From Chloroflexota bacterium (GTDB taxonomy: Bacteria; Chloroflexota; Anaerolineae; Anaerolineales; VGOW01), in the NCBI GenBank assembly GCA_016213135.1, contig JACRBQ010000028.1, positions 7,284 to 71,283 of the forward strand: a DNA stretch of 64,000 bases, written 5' to 3'. Positions 9,538-19,740 of this stretch are shown here, piece by piece (position 1 is the first letter of the stretch; each line of letters begins with the position of its first letter). The position numbers were made by a program, and so were the translations under genes. Below the pieces are notes generated by a model. The model had not been told where the DNA came from, ran no database searches, and saw only the letters and a list, made by a program, of their open reading frames with translations.

Positions 9538-9824
9538 ATCTCGTTTAGGGCCGGTTCGTAGAAGGCCTCGCATCCGTTGGGGCACGAGCAGCCCGCAATC
9601 GGCAGGGCAGGGGCAACCGGCTTAAGATACGTGCCCGCGGCGGCCTGGCAGGCCGGGCAGGCATCGGCTCTAACCATGAGGCGGATATCGCGGACGCGCG
9701 GGTTGGCGCGCAGCTTGGTCAGTGAGCGCGCGGCGGCCGAGTCGACGGCCAAATCGGCGCCGCACTTCGGGCAGCGTTCAGTTTCGTCGGGTGTTCGTGT
9801 GTTGCAAACGGCGCAGGTACGCAA
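9528..9824 (-). CDS. small Cys-rich (zinc-ribbon-like) hypothetical protein
   Basis: Only the 3' part of the 477-aa ORF looks coding: CAVCNTRTPDETERCPKCGADL ... ACPACQ ... GCSCPNGC. A TTG at 9824 is preceded by GGAGGA. The upstream part of the ORF is antisense to the 9930..11144 gene. Confidence 0.4.
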   Translation of the reverse strand: MRTCAVCNTRTPDETERCPKCGADLAVDSAAARSLTKLRANPRVRDIRLMVRADACPACQAAAGTYLKPVAPALPIAGCSCPNGCEAFYEPALNEIYP

Positions 9825-9929
9825 GGCGTCCTCCAAAAGAAAAATAAGTGTGATTGCCAATTCTACTATACTCGGCGCTAACCGCGCACCACAGAGTTTG
9901 TCCGCTCCCGTCGTTCCATTTGCCAACCC

Positions 9930-11144
9930 ATGCCTTCTCGCCGCATAAGTCTCGTTGATGTATTGCTCTGGCTGGTGGGCATCGTCGCCGCGCTGGTGCT
10001 GATTGCGTTGTTTCTCTCGGCCTCCAAACGCCAGGCCCCGGCCCCCGTCGATCAGGCCATTGTGCTGGTGACGCCCACCTTCACTCCGGCGGCGTCGGCC
10101 ACGGCAGAAAACGTGTGGCAGATCATTGTGACCCCCACGCCCGGCGGCGAGCTGTATTTGCGGCCCACCGTGGTGTATTCCACCCCGCTGCCGGTCATCT
10201 ATCCGCCGCCTCGCCCGCGCGCCGCGTTCGATTTTGGCGGGCACGTGCTCGATTTCAAAGCGCCCGACCAAATGGCATACGCCGGGATGAAATGGGTCAA
10301 GTTTCAGGTTCACGAAGGCGACAACGACGCCGCCGACAAGATCGCGCGCGGCCACGGCAAAGGATTCAAAGTGCTGTTGGGCGTGGTGGGCGACGTGAAC
10401 CGCGTGGCCGACCCGACCTATTACCCGCAGTTTGCGGCTTACGTGGGGAGCCTGGCTGCCGGCGGCGCGGATGCCATAGAGATTTGGAACGAGCCTAACA
10501 TCGCCCGCGACTGGCCCTCCGGCCAGATCAGCCCGACTCTCTATATTGACTTTCTGCGCCCCAGCTATCAGGCCATCAAGGCAGCCAACGCCAATACGTT
10601 GGTCATCACGGCGGGCATGGCCGCCACGCTCATGGCGCAGAACCTGCGCACGCCAAACTTTTGGGCGGAGGTGGATTACACCACGGAGTTTGTGCTGCAG
10701 GGCGGGTTGCTCTACGCGGACTGCGTGGGCGTTCACTACAATATCGGCATCACTGCGCCCGACTACAGCGAGGCCGCCCCCACCGGTGATGCGGCGTTCT
10801 TCTATTACCCGCGTATCCTTGAGCATTACGCCAACATCACCCGGGGCACGCGACCGTTGTGTTTCACCGAGTTCGGCTACCTCACCGACGACGGCTACCC
10901 GCCGCTGAGCCAGGTGGCCCCCGACTTTGGCTGGGCGCAAAACAACACCATTCAGGATCAAGCTCAGTGGTTCGCGCAGGCGGTCAAGCTGGCCTCAGCC
11001 AACCCGCAGGTGGAGATGTTCATAGTTTGGAACGTCGACTTTTGGAGCTATGGCGTGGACCCTCATGCCGGTTACGCCATCATCCGCCAGGACGGCGGCT
11101 GCCCCGCCTGCGACGCATTGCACGGGCTGGGATTGGGAGGTTGA
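9930..11144 (+). CDS. membrane-anchored clan GH-A (GH5-like) glycoside hydrolase
   Basis: N-terminal TM helix VLLWLVGIVAALVLIALFL. Acid/base-type motif AIEIWNEPN and nucleophile-type motif CFTEFGY. Confidence 0.65.
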   Translation: MPSRRISLVDVLLWLVGIVAALVLIALFLSASKRQAPAPVDQAIVLVTPTFTPAASATAENVWQIIVTPTPGGELYLRPTVVYSTPLPVIYPPPRPRAAFDFGGHVLDFKAPDQMAYAGMKWVKFQVHEGDNDAADKIARGHGKGFKVLLGVVGDVNRVADPTYYPQFAAYVGSLAAGGADAIEIWNEPNIARDWPSGQISPTLYIDFLRPSYQAIKAANANTLVITAGMAATLMAQNLRTPNFWAEVDYTTEFVLQGGLLYADCVGVHYNIGITAPDYSEAAPTGDAAFFYYPRILEHYANITRGTRPLCFTEFGYLTDDGYPPLSQVAPDFGWAQNNTIQDQAQWFAQAVKLASANPQVEMFIVWNVDFWSYGVDPHAGYAIIRQDGGCPACDALHGLGLGG

Positions 11145-11154
11145 TTCCGCTTCC

Positions 11155-11183
11155 TTGACATCCGCCCATGCTACCGATAACAT
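11155..11183 (+). promoter_or_regulatory. sigma70-type promoter of the inositol-lipid gene pair
   Basis: TTGACA (11155-11160), a 17-nt spacer, then TAACAT (11178-11183). It overlaps the ORF-track ATG at 11168, which argues for the downstream GTG start. Confidence 0.55.
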
Positions 11184-11215
11184 ACCGGCAACTACTCTAT
11201 GGAAGGAAATTCGCT

Positions 11216-12310
11216 GTGGCAACTAAAAAAGGCAAGAAAGTTCGTGTGGCAATTGTCGGCGTGGGCAACTGCGCTTCGTCGTTTGTGCAGGGGTTGCACT
11301 ATTACCGCAACGCCAAGGCTGCCGACACCGTCCCCGGTCTCATGCACGTCAATCTGGGCGGCTATCACATTCGGGATATTGAAGTCTCGGCGGCGTTCGA
11401 CGTGGTGGACACCAAAGTGGGCCTCGACGTGTCCGAGGCCATCTTTTCTTATCCCAACAACACCTACAAATTCTCCGACGTGCCCAAGCTGGGCGTGAAG
11501 GTGGAGCGCGGCATGACGCACGATGGCATCGGCAAGTATTTGGCCCAAAAGGTCAAAAAGGCCCCCGGCCCTACCGCCGACATCGTGAAGATTCTCAAAG
11601 ACACCAAAACCGACGTGGTCGTGTCGTACCTGCCGGTTGGCTCGGAAATGGCGACGAAGTGGTACGTGGAACAGATGCTGGAAGCCGGGTGCGGGTTTGT
11701 GAACTGCATCCCCGTGTTCATCGCCTCGCAAGATTACTGGCGCAAGCGCTTCGAAGAGCGCAAACTGCCCATCATCGGTGACGATATCAAAAGCCAGGTG
11801 GGCGCCACCATCACCCACCGTGTGCTGACCAACCTGTTCGTCGAGCGCGGCGTGCAACTGGATCGCACCTACCAGCTCAACTTCGGCGGCAACATGGACT
11901 TCTTCAACATGCTGGAGCGCGACCGGCTGGAGTCGAAAAAGATTTCCAAGACCGGCGCAGTGACCTCGCAGTTGCCGTACCAGCTTGACCCCGACAACGT
12001 GCACGTCGGCCCCTCCGATTACGTGCCGTGGCTCACCGACCGCAAGTGGTGTTACATCCGCATGGAAGGCACCACCTTTGGCGATGTGCCGCTGAATGTG
12101 GAAGTGAAACTGGAAGTGTGGGATTCGCCCAACTCGGCGGGCGTGGTCATCGACGCGGTGCGCTGCGCCAAGCTGGCAATGGATCGCGGCATCGGCGGCG
12201 CACTCTACGAGCCGTCGTCGTACCTTATGAAGACGCCGCCGGAGCAGTACACCGACGATGAGGCGCGGCGCAAGATGGAAGAGTTCATCATCGGCAAGGC
12301 CAAAGAGTAG
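11216..12310 (+). CDS. ino1: myo-inositol-1-phosphate synthase (archaeal/bacterial short type)
   Basis: [23 protein letters not shown] at the N-terminus and a family-typical length. GTG at 11216 follows GGAAGGAAA. Confidence 0.88.
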   Translation: MATKKGKKVRVAIVGVGNCASSFVQGLHYYRNAKAADTVPGLMHVNLGGYHIRDIEVSAAFDVVDTKVGLDVSEAIFSYPNNTYKFSDVPKLGVKVERGMTHDGIGKYLAQKVKKAPGPTADIVKILKDTKTDVVVSYLPVGSEMATKWYVEQMLEAGCGFVNCIPVFIASQDYWRKRFEERKLPIIGDDIKSQVGATITHRVLTNLFVERGVQLDRTYQLNFGGNMDFFNMLERDRLESKKISKTGAVTSQLPYQLDPDNVHVGPSDYVPWLTDRKWCYIRMEGTTFGDVPLNVEVKLEVWDSPNSAGVVIDAVRCAKLAMDRGIGGALYEPSSYLMKTPPEQYTDDEARRKMEEFIIGKAKE

Positions 12311-12322
12311 GTCGCCTGCCTC

Positions 12323-12946
12323 ATGGACTCGCCTAAAATTATCAAACGCCGGTCGTTTACCGACTGGCTGCGCTTGCGGCTCAAGTGGCTCACCGAACCG
12401 GTGGGCGCATTAGTGGCCCGGTTGGGCATCCACCCCAACGTGCTCACGGTGATCGGTTTTGTGGGCAACGTGCTGGGCGCGGCCGCGTTGGCCGCCGGCC
12501 GCATCTCGCTCGGCGGCTGGATTATTCTGGCAATGGGGCCTGTCGACGGGCTGGATGGCGCGACCGCCCGCGCCAGGGGCCAGCCGTCGCCCTTCGGCGC
12601 CTTTGTGGATTCGGTGACCGACCGCTACTCCGAGGCAGTTATCTATCTCGGCCTGCTGATCTCTTTCCTCGGACAGCCGGGCGATCACTCTCAAGCGTTT
12701 GTTCTGGCCTTCGTGGCCTTCGTCGGTTCGGTGATGGTCTCGTACGTCAAAGCTCGCGCCGAAGCCCTGGGCTTCGAGTGCAACGTGGGCCTGCTCACGC
12801 GAGTGGAGCGCTATCTCATCCTCGCCCCGCTGCTCATCTTTGACTTGCCCATGGCTGCGCTGTGGATCATTGCCATACTGGCCAATGTGACGGCCCTACA
12901 GCGCATCTGGCACGTTCGCAGGCAGTGGTACGATAAAATTAGGTAA
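12323..12946 (+). CDS. CDP-alcohol phosphatidyltransferase (likely phosphatidylinositol-phosphate synthase type)
   Basis: DG(x)2AR...G(x)3D(x)3D motif in GPVDGLDGATARARGQPSPFGAFVDSVTDRYSE. Multiple TM helices. Sits directly downstream of ino1. Confidence 0.85.
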   Translation: MDSPKIIKRRSFTDWLRLRLKWLTEPVGALVARLGIHPNVLTVIGFVGNVLGAAALAAGRISLGGWIILAMGPVDGLDGATARARGQPSPFGAFVDSVTDRYSEAVIYLGLLISFLGQPGDHSQAFVLAFVAFVGSVMVSYVKARAEALGFECNVGLLTRVERYLILAPLLIFDLPMAALWIIAILANVTALQRIWHVRRQWYDKIR

Positions 12947-13017
12947 TGAACAATGAAAGAATGAACAATGAACAACGGGCGTTGCCATTGTTCATTGTTC
13001 ATTGTTCATAGTTCATT
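12946..13017. repeat. inverted pair of heptamer arrays (GAACAAT-type) forming a long hairpin
   Basis: The left arm ATGAACAATGAAAGAATGAACAATGAACAA faces the right arm TTGTTCATTGTTCATTGTTCATAGTTCATT. It lies between the CDP-alcohol gene stop and the lgt start. Confidence 0.8.
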
Positions 13018-13029
13018 CACAGGTTTAGC

Positions 13030-13869
13030 ATGTCAATCGATAGCCTCGGCATTCACATCGGCACGCTGCTGTACATCCGTTTCTACGGCATCATCCTCGT
13101 CACCGGCGCGGTGATCGGCACCTATCTGGCCTCGACCGAAGCCCGGCGCAAGGGGCAAGACCCGAACCTCGTTTGGGACGCGTTGGTGTGGGCGCTCGTC
13201 GGAGGCATCATCGGCGCGCGTCTGTACCACGTGTTCACCCCGCCGCCCAGCATGGTGGCCGCCGGCTTCACCACGGCCGCCTACTTTGCCGACCCGGTCA
13301 AGATTTTCCAAGTGTGGAACGGCGGCCTCGGCATCCCCGGCGGCATTGTGGGCGGGCTGCTGGCAATGTGGCTGTACGCCCGCTATGCCAAAGTGGACTT
13401 CCTCACCTGGGTGGACATCGCCGCGCCGGCCGTGCCGTTGGCGCAAGCCATCGGCCGCTGGGGCAACTTCGTCAACCAGGAGTTGTATGGCCAGCCTACC
13501 GACCTGCCGTGGGCCATCTATATCGCGCCGCTGAATCGCGTTGCGGGCTTCGAGCAGTTCGAGCGTTTTCACCCGGTGTTCCTGTACGAATCGATCCTCA
13601 ACTTGCTCGTATGCCTGGCGATGTTGTGGCTCGCCCGCCGCTTTGCCGGGCGCCTCAGGTCGGGCGACATGCTGTTGCTCTATCTCATGTTTTATCCCAC
13701 CGTTCGCTTTTTCATGGAATTCCTGCGGCTGGATAGCAGCGGCTTCGGTAACCTGAACATCAACCAGACCCTGTCGGCGGCCGTGGCGGTATTGGCGGGT
13801 GTTGGGTTTGCCGTCCGGCACCGCCGCCAGCGCCGCGCCGGTCTCCATGCTGCCGGCACGCCGGGGTAG
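13030..13869 (+). CDS. lgt: prolipoprotein diacylglyceryl transferase
   Basis: IRFYGIILVTGAVIG, GGIIGARLYH, WNGGLGIPGG, IGRWGNFVNQELYG. Confidence 0.93.
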   Translation: MSIDSLGIHIGTLLYIRFYGIILVTGAVIGTYLASTEARRKGQDPNLVWDALVWALVGGIIGARLYHVFTPPPSMVAAGFTTAAYFADPVKIFQVWNGGLGIPGGIVGGLLAMWLYARYAKVDFLTWVDIAAPAVPLAQAIGRWGNFVNQELYGQPTDLPWAIYIAPLNRVAGFEQFERFHPVFLYESILNLLVCLAMLWLARRFAGRLRSGDMLLLYLMFYPTVRFFMEFLRLDSSGFGNLNINQTLSAAVAVLAGVGFAVRHRRQRRAGLHAAGTPG

Positions 13870-13896
13870 CCCACTCTCAGCCTGCTGAATGATTGC

Positions 13897-14817
13897 GTGA
13901 TACAAGCTCAAGGACTCACCAAACACTTCGAAGACTTCCACGCGGTGGAGGATGTTTCGTTGACCGTGTCGGCGGGGCAAGTGCTGGCGCTGCTCGGGCC
14001 GAACGGCGCCGGCAAAACCACCACCATCCGCATGCTCACCGCGGTCCTGAAGCCCACCCGTGGCACGGCCCTGGTGGCCGGGTACGACGTGGTGCGCCAG
14101 CCCGATCAAGTGCGGGGCAGCGTGGGCGTGCTCACCGAGAACCACGGCCTCTATTTGCGCAGCAGCGGCGCAGAATACCTCGACTTCTTCGGCGACCTGT
14201 ACGGCATTCCCGCGCCGCGCCGCCGCCGGCGCATCGGCGAACTGCTCGAGCGCTTTGGCATGGCCGAGGCCGCCCCCCGCCGCATCGGCGAATACTCCAA
14301 AGGCATGCGGCAAAAGCTGGCCATCATCCGCGCCATGCTGCACGACCCGCCCGTGCTGCTGCTGGACGAGCCGACTTCGGCCATGGACCCGCAGAGCGCC
14401 AAGCTGGTGCGCGACGCCATCGTCGATCTGCGCACCGACCGCCGCGCCGTCATCATCTGCACCCACAACCTCGCCGAAGCCGAAATGCTGGCCGACACCA
14501 TTGCCATTATTCGCAAAGGCCGCATCATCGCCAGCGGCCCGCCGGAGTCGCTCAAGGACCAACTGCTCGGCCCGGCGCTCATGGAGTTGCGGCTGGCCGG
14601 CCCGAGCAACGGGCTGGCCGAGAGCATCGCCGATCTGGTGACGGTGCTGGAAAGCGGCGACGGCTGGCTGCGCTACAGCGCCCGGCGTCCGCAGGAAACC
14701 AACCCGCGCCTGCTCAACCGCCTTGGGCGAAGCGACGTGCCCGTGCTCACTCTCACCGAAGTGCCGCGCAGTTTAGAGTCCGTCTATCTGCGAGCGGTCG
14801 AAGAGGATGAAAGGTAG
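13897..14817 (+). CDS. ABC transporter ATP-binding protein
   Basis: Walker A GPNGAGKTTT, signature YSKGMRQKL, Walker B LLLDEPTSAMD. Confidence 0.93.
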   Translation: MIQAQGLTKHFEDFHAVEDVSLTVSAGQVLALLGPNGAGKTTTIRMLTAVLKPTRGTALVAGYDVVRQPDQVRGSVGVLTENHGLYLRSSGAEYLDFFGDLYGIPAPRRRRRIGELLERFGMAEAAPRRIGEYSKGMRQKLAIIRAMLHDPPVLLLDEPTSAMDPQSAKLVRDAIVDLRTDRRAVIICTHNLAEAEMLADTIAIIRKGRIIASGPPESLKDQLLGPALMELRLAGPSNGLAESIADLVTVLESGDGWLRYSARRPQETNPRLLNRLGRSDVPVLTLTEVPRSLESVYLRAVEEDER

Positions 14818-16270
14818 TTCACGTCATATGGCCGTCTTTACCCTGCCCCGCCCGTCACTTTCCCGCGCGCTGGTCATTACCCGCCGCGAAATCCGCGACG
14901 GCTTGCGCGACTGGCGGATCATCGCGCCCATTCTGGTGCTCACGCTGTTCTTTCCGGCGCTCATGAACTTCACCGCCGCTCGCCTCATGGCCTTCGTCAC
15001 GGATTACGGCGCGCCCGTCATCGGCGACCGGCTCATTCCGTTTCTGTTGATGATCGTCGGCTTCTTCCCGACCTCGGTGTCGCTGGTGATCGCCCTCGAG
15101 AGCTTTGTCGGCGAAAAGGAGCGGCACTCGCTGGAGCCGTTGTTATCCTCGCCGCTCACCGATCTGCAGCTCTACATCGGCAAAACCATCGCCGCCAGCC
15201 TGCCGCCGCTCGTCGCCGCGTACCTCGGCATCGTCGTCTACCTCACCGGCCTGTACATCGCGCTGCGCTGGGTTCCCACGTTTCAACTGTTGCTGCAAAT
15301 CGTCCTGCTCACCACCGTGCAGGCCACCGTAATGGTCAGCGGCGCGGTCGTCATTTCCACCCAGACCACCAGCGTGCGGGCCGCCAACCTGCTGGCCTCG
15401 TTCATCATCGTGCCCATGGCCCTGCTGGTGCAGGGTGAAAGCGTCGTCATGTTTTGGGCGCGCTACGACGTGCTGTGGGTGATCATTATCGGATTGGTGT
15501 TTGTGAACGTGGTGCTGGTGCGCATGGGCGCGCGGCTGTTCAACCGTGAAGAACTGCTGGGGCACGAACTCGACGAAATCAACCTCCGCGCCGCGTGGCG
15601 CGTGGTTCGCCGCGAGTTCGTCGGTGACGCCGCCGGCTCGCCCGTGCGTTGGTACCGCCGTGAAATTCCGCGCGCCCTGGGCCGCTTGCGTTGGCCCGTT
15701 GCCATGATGGTACTGGCCGTGGCCGCGGGCTTTGGCCTCGGTGTGCGCTACGCCGCAGTGTTCCAGCTTCCGCCCTCCCTCATCGATTTCCGGATCTCGG
15801 CCGCCGGCTTGCGCGAACAACTTGAACAGTTTGGCCTCTTCTCGGTGAGCGGGGCGGGGCGCGTGTTCTTCCAGAACGTGCGCGCCGTGCTCATCGCCGC
15901 CGCGCTGGGAACCTTTACTATCGGCGTGCTGGGCATCGTCGTCCTCATGCTGCCCATGGCCCTCGTGGGCTACTTCATGGGCCAAATGTCACTGGCCGGG
16001 CTTGACCCGTTGCTCTTCTTCACGGCGTTCATCCTGCCGCACGGCTTGCTTGAAGTCCCGGCGGTTATCCTCGTGGGCGCGGCCACCATCCGCCTGGGCG
16101 CCAGCTTGCTGGCGCCGCCGCCCGGCAAAACCGTGGGCGATGGCTGGCTGACGGCCCTGGCCGATTGGCTCAAAGTATTCTTGGGGCTGGTCCTTCCCCT
16201 GCTCGTCGGCGCGGCCTTTTTGGAAGTCTATGTGACGCCCAATGTGCTGATAGCCCTCTTGGGCCGTTAG
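14807..16270 (+). CDS. ABC-2-type permease fused to a SpoIIM-like (DUF95) membrane domain
   Basis: Polytopic membrane protein overlapping the ATPase gene by 11 nt. The C-terminal half carries HGLLEVPAVILVGAATIRLG, typical of SpoIIM-like proteins. Confidence 0.65.
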   Translation: MKGSSRHMAVFTLPRPSLSRALVITRREIRDGLRDWRIIAPILVLTLFFPALMNFTAARLMAFVTDYGAPVIGDRLIPFLLMIVGFFPTSVSLVIALESFVGEKERHSLEPLLSSPLTDLQLYIGKTIAASLPPLVAAYLGIVVYLTGLYIALRWVPTFQLLLQIVLLTTVQATVMVSGAVVISTQTTSVRAANLLASFIIVPMALLVQGESVVMFWARYDVLWVIIIGLVFVNVVLVRMGARLFNREELLGHELDEINLRAAWRVVRREFVGDAAGSPVRWYRREIPRALGRLRWPVAMMVLAVAAGFGLGVRYAAVFQLPPSLIDFRISAAGLREQLEQFGLFSVSGAGRVFFQNVRAVLIAAALGTFTIGVLGIVVLMLPMALVGYFMGQMSLAGLDPLLFFTAFILPHGLLEVPAVILVGAATIRLGASLLAPPPGKTVGDGWLTALADWLKVFLGLVLPLLVGAAFLEVYVTPNVLIALLGR

Positions 16271-16306
16271 GTTTATACTGGAGCAACAGCAAGGAGAGCT
16301 TGAACC

Positions 16307-16672
16307 ATGTTACTCCGTTCCAATCGTCTCTTTTCCTTTACCCAATACGTCGCCTGGCAGCCGCCCACCGATGTTTACGAAACCGAAGACGGCCTCGTAG
16401 TGCAGGTCGAGATCGCCGGGATGCGCGACGGCGATCTGCAAGTGTCCCTGGAAGATCGGTTGCTCGTCATCTCCGGCGTGCGCGACGACCCCGCTGCCGA
16501 GCGGCGCGCGTACCATCAAATGGAAATCCGCTCCGGCGAATTCCGCATCGAGCTGGAAATTCCCATCCCGGTCGATGCCCGTGGCATCGAGGCCCAATAC
16601 GAGGACGGTTTCTTGCGGGTGATTCTAAAAAGACCCGTCGTCGTCCGCGTGGCACTTAGCGAATCCGAATGA
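16307..16672 (+). CDS. Hsp20/alpha-crystallin small heat-shock protein
   Basis: [43 protein letters not shown]...[15 protein letters not shown]. Confidence 0.9.
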   Translation: MLLRSNRLFSFTQYVAWQPPTDVYETEDGLVVQVEIAGMRDGDLQVSLEDRLLVISGVRDDPAAERRAYHQMEIRSGEFRIELEIPIPVDARGIEAQYEDGFLRVILKRPVVVRVALSESE

Positions 16673-19302
16673 CAGCTTCTAAATGGTACACCTTTGAATT
16701 CAAGCCCGACGCCGAAGATGGCATTAACGAACTGACGGAGGCCCAGTTCATGCCCATCGTTACCAAGGTGGGCGACGCCTCTGCCACCCCCCCCGGCGAC
16801 ACTCAGAACCCCGGCGGCGACCCTTCGATTCCCGCCGTGCTAGCCATCCTGCCATTGCGCGGGGTGGTGGTCTACCCACTCACCGCTGTGCCCCTCACGG
16901 TGGGTCAGCCGCGCTCCATGAAATTGATTGACGATGCTTCCGTGGGGCAGCGCGTCATCGGGCTGGTGACCAGCCAGAACGCCGACATTGAATCCCCCGG
17001 CCCGGACGACCTCTTCCGGATGGGCACCGCCGCGCAGGTGCACCGCCTCTTCCGCTCGGCCGACGGCACGATCCGGCTGCTGGTGCAGGGCCTGGCCCGG
17101 TTCCGCGTGGAAGAGTTTGTCGCCGCCGAGCCTTACCTCAGAGCGCGCATCTCCCTGGCCCCGGAAAGTAGGGAAGCCGACAGCCTCGAGCTTGAAGCCC
17201 TGATGCGAAGCGTCACGGAGCGCTTCCAGCGATTTGCCGAGCTGGTGCCGTCCATGCCCGCCGAACTGCTCACCGCGGCCCTCAGCGTTGACGACCCGCG
17301 CCAACTGGCCTACGGCGTGGCCAACTACATCCGCATTTCGGTCGTCGATGCCCAGCGCCTGCTGGAATTGGAGAGCATCAGCGAAAAACTCAAAACCCTG
17401 CTCACCCTGCTCAACAAAGAAGTGGAAGTGATGGAACTGGGCCGCAAGATTCAGGCCGACGCGCAGGGCGAGATGGAGAAGATGCAGCGCGATTACTTCC
17501 TGCGCGAGCAAATGAAAGCCATCCAGCGCGAACTGGGCGAGGGCGACGAACAAACGCTGGAGGCCGAAGAGTTCCGCAAGAAGCTCGAGGCCCTCAACCT
17601 GCCCGACGAAGCCGCCAAAGAGGCCCGGCGCGAACTGGACCGGTTGAGCAAGTTGCCCACCGCCGCCGCCGAGTACGGCGTCATCCGCACCTATCTCGAC
17701 TGGCTCACCTCGTTGCCGTGGAACACGACCACTCCCGACAACCTCGACGTGGCCCACGCCCGGCAAGTGCTGGACGAAGATCATTACGGACTCAAGGACA
17801 TCAAAGAGCGCATCCTCGAATTCCTGGCCGTGCGCAAGTTGCGGCTGGAGCGCGCCGACGAGCGCGCCGCCCGCGCCGCCACCGAGCCTACCGACCACAT
17901 CCGCCGCGAGCGCGAAGGCGTCATCCTGTGTTTCGTCGGCCCGCCCGGCGTGGGCAAGACCTCGCTGGGCCAGTCCATCGCCCGGGCCATGGGCCGCAAG
18001 TTCATCCGCATGTCACTCGGCGGCGTGCGCGACGAGGCCGAGATACGCGGCCACCGCCGCACCTACATTGGCGCGCTGCCGGGTCGCGTGATGCAGGCTC
18101 TGCGCCGGGCCGAATCCAGGAACCCGGTGTTTATGTTGGACGAGGTGGACAAGCTCGGCGCCGACTATCGCGGCGACCCCTCGTCGGCGCTGCTCGAACT
18201 GCTCGACCCCGAACAGAACCGCGAGTTTCGCGACCATTATCTCGACGTGCCCTTCGATCTGTCGCAGGTCATGTTCATCACCACCGCCAACTGGCTCGAT
18301 ACCGTGCCCGGCCCCCTGCGCGACCGCATGGAAGTGCTTGAGCTTTCGAGTTACACCGAAGGCGAAAAGCTCGCCATTGCACGCGGCTACCTCATCCCGC
18401 GCCAGGTCCGCGAAAACGGACTGCGGCTCGACGAGCTTTCCTTTACCGAAGAAGCTGTCCGCAAAGTAATTCGCAGCTATACCCGCGAAGCCGGAGTGCG
18501 CAACCTTGAGCGCGAAATCGGCAGCATCTCCCGCAAAGTGGTCACCAAAATCGCCGAGGGCAAAGCCACAGTGGTGCCGTTGGATGTCGGGGACGTGCAA
18601 GAGTATCTCGGCAAACCCCGGTTTTACTATACCGAGGAAATCGAAGAGCGCACTGCCCTGGCCGGGGTGGCCACGGCCCTGGCCTGGACTCCGGTGGGCG
18701 GCGATGTGATGTTCATCGAAGCCACTTACATGCCCGGCGCGCACGGCTTTCAGCTTACCGGCCAGTTGGGCGACGTGATGCAAGAGTCGGCCCGGGCCGC
18801 GCTGTCGTACGTGCGGGCCAAAGCCGGCGACTTCGGCTTGCCCAAAGACTTTTTTGAGAAGCACGACATCCACCTTCACATCCCTTCCGGCGCGCAGCCT
18901 AAAGACGGCCCCAGCGCCGGGGTGACCATGGCGACGGCGCTCGTCTCCCTCATCGTCGGCATACCGGTGCGCAGCGACGTGGGCATGACCGGCGAAATCA
19001 CCCTGCGCGGCAAGGTGCTGCCCATCGGCGGCGTAAAGGAAAAAGTGCTGGCCGCGCACCGCGCCGGACTCAAAACAATCATCCTGCCTCAGCGCAATCA
19101 GAAGGACATTGAGGACGTGCCTGAGGAAATTCGCGGCCAAATCAACTTCGTATTTGCCGACCGTGTCGACGACGTGATCCGGGCCGCCCTGGCCGAGCCG
19201 TTGCCCATCGTTCCCGCCGACGGCAGCAACGGGCAAGGCGGGCGCAAAGCCCGGACTCCCGCCAAACGGCGGCGCGCCGATAAGCAGCCCGCGCGCGCCT
19301 GA
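16669..19302 (+). CDS. lon: ATP-dependent Lon protease
   Basis: LON N-domain [10 protein letters not shown], Walker [10 protein letters not shown], catalytic PKDGPSAG. The ATGA overlap joins it to the hsp20 stop. Confidence 0.97.
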   Translation: MTASKWYTFEFKPDAEDGINELTEAQFMPIVTKVGDASATPPGDTQNPGGDPSIPAVLAILPLRGVVVYPLTAVPLTVGQPRSMKLIDDASVGQRVIGLVTSQNADIESPGPDDLFRMGTAAQVHRLFRSADGTIRLLVQGLARFRVEEFVAAEPYLRARISLAPESREADSLELEALMRSVTERFQRFAELVPSMPAELLTAALSVDDPRQLAYGVANYIRISVVDAQRLLELESISEKLKTLLTLLNKEVEVMELGRKIQADAQGEMEKMQRDYFLREQMKAIQRELGEGDEQTLEAEEFRKKLEALNLPDEAAKEARRELDRLSKLPTAAAEYGVIRTYLDWLTSLPWNTTTPDNLDVAHARQVLDEDHYGLKDIKERILEFLAVRKLRLERADERAARAATEPTDHIRREREGVILCFVGPPGVGKTSLGQSIARAMGRKFIRMSLGGVRDEAEIRGHRRTYIGALPGRVMQALRRAESRNPVFMLDEVDKLGADYRGDPSSALLELLDPEQNREFRDHYLDVPFDLSQVMFITTANWLDTVPGPLRDRMEVLELSSYTEGEKLAIARGYLIPRQVRENGLRLDELSFTEEAVRKVIRSYTREAGVRNLEREIGSISRKVVTKIAEGKATVVPLDVGDVQEYLGKPRFYYTEEIEERTALAGVATALAWTPVGGDVMFIEATYMPGAHGFQLTGQLGDVMQESARAALSYVRAKAGDFGLPKDFFEKHDIHLHIPSGAQPKDGPSAGVTMATALVSLIVGIPVRSDVGMTGEITLRGKVLPIGGVKEKVLAAHRAGLKTIILPQRNQKDIEDVPEEIRGQINFVFADRVDDVIRAALAEPLPIVPADGSNGQGGRKARTPAKRRRADKQPARA

Positions 19303-19335
19303 ATCGATCATCCTGTCCACAAAAGGAATCTGGCC

Positions 19336-19692
19336 GTGCCTAAGGTGCTACTTGTTGACGACGATCGAAATGTAGTCATGCTCCTCAAAACGCTGCTGCA
19401 GTTGGAGAAATTCACCGTGACCCTCGAATCGCGCGCCGAGGAGGTTCTTCCAACCATCCGCCGCGAACAGCCCGACATCGTGCTGATGGATGTTCATCTG
19501 GCCGACGCCGACGGCCTGCAAATTCTGGCCGAGATTCGCCGGGACCCGGCGCTGGCCCAAACCCGCGTGGTCATTGCATCCGGCGAGGATGTGAGCTACC
19601 AGTGCCGACAGGCCGGGGCCAACGATTTTGTGCTCAAGCCGTACTCGCCCGATCACCTCATCAGCGTTATTCGCAAAGTGCTGCTCGCCTGA
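19336..19692 (+). CDS. single-domain response regulator (REC only)
   Basis: VLLVDDDRNVVMLLKTLL...DIVLMDVHLADADG...KPY. GTG start. Confidence 0.87.
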   Translation: MPKVLLVDDDRNVVMLLKTLLQLEKFTVTLESRAEEVLPTIRREQPDIVLMDVHLADADGLQILAEIRRDPALAQTRVVIASGEDVSYQCRQAGANDFVLKPYSPDHLISVIRKVLLA

Positions 19693-19740
19693 GCGGCGCC
19701 CCTGCCGCCGGCCTGTTTAGCCCGGCCCATAGGACATTCT

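Noticed and set aside
9825-10961. Upstream 380 codons of the 477-aa minus-strand ORF 9528..10961
   Set aside because: This part overlaps the plus-strand glycoside hydrolase with NEP/TEFG motifs, and its composition is artefactual. Only the Cys-rich 3' end (9528-9824) was kept, at low confidence.
13033-14562. 509-aa minus-strand ORF
   Set aside because: It is antisense to lgt and the ABC ATPase, both unambiguous. It is an R/G/A/H-rich artefact.
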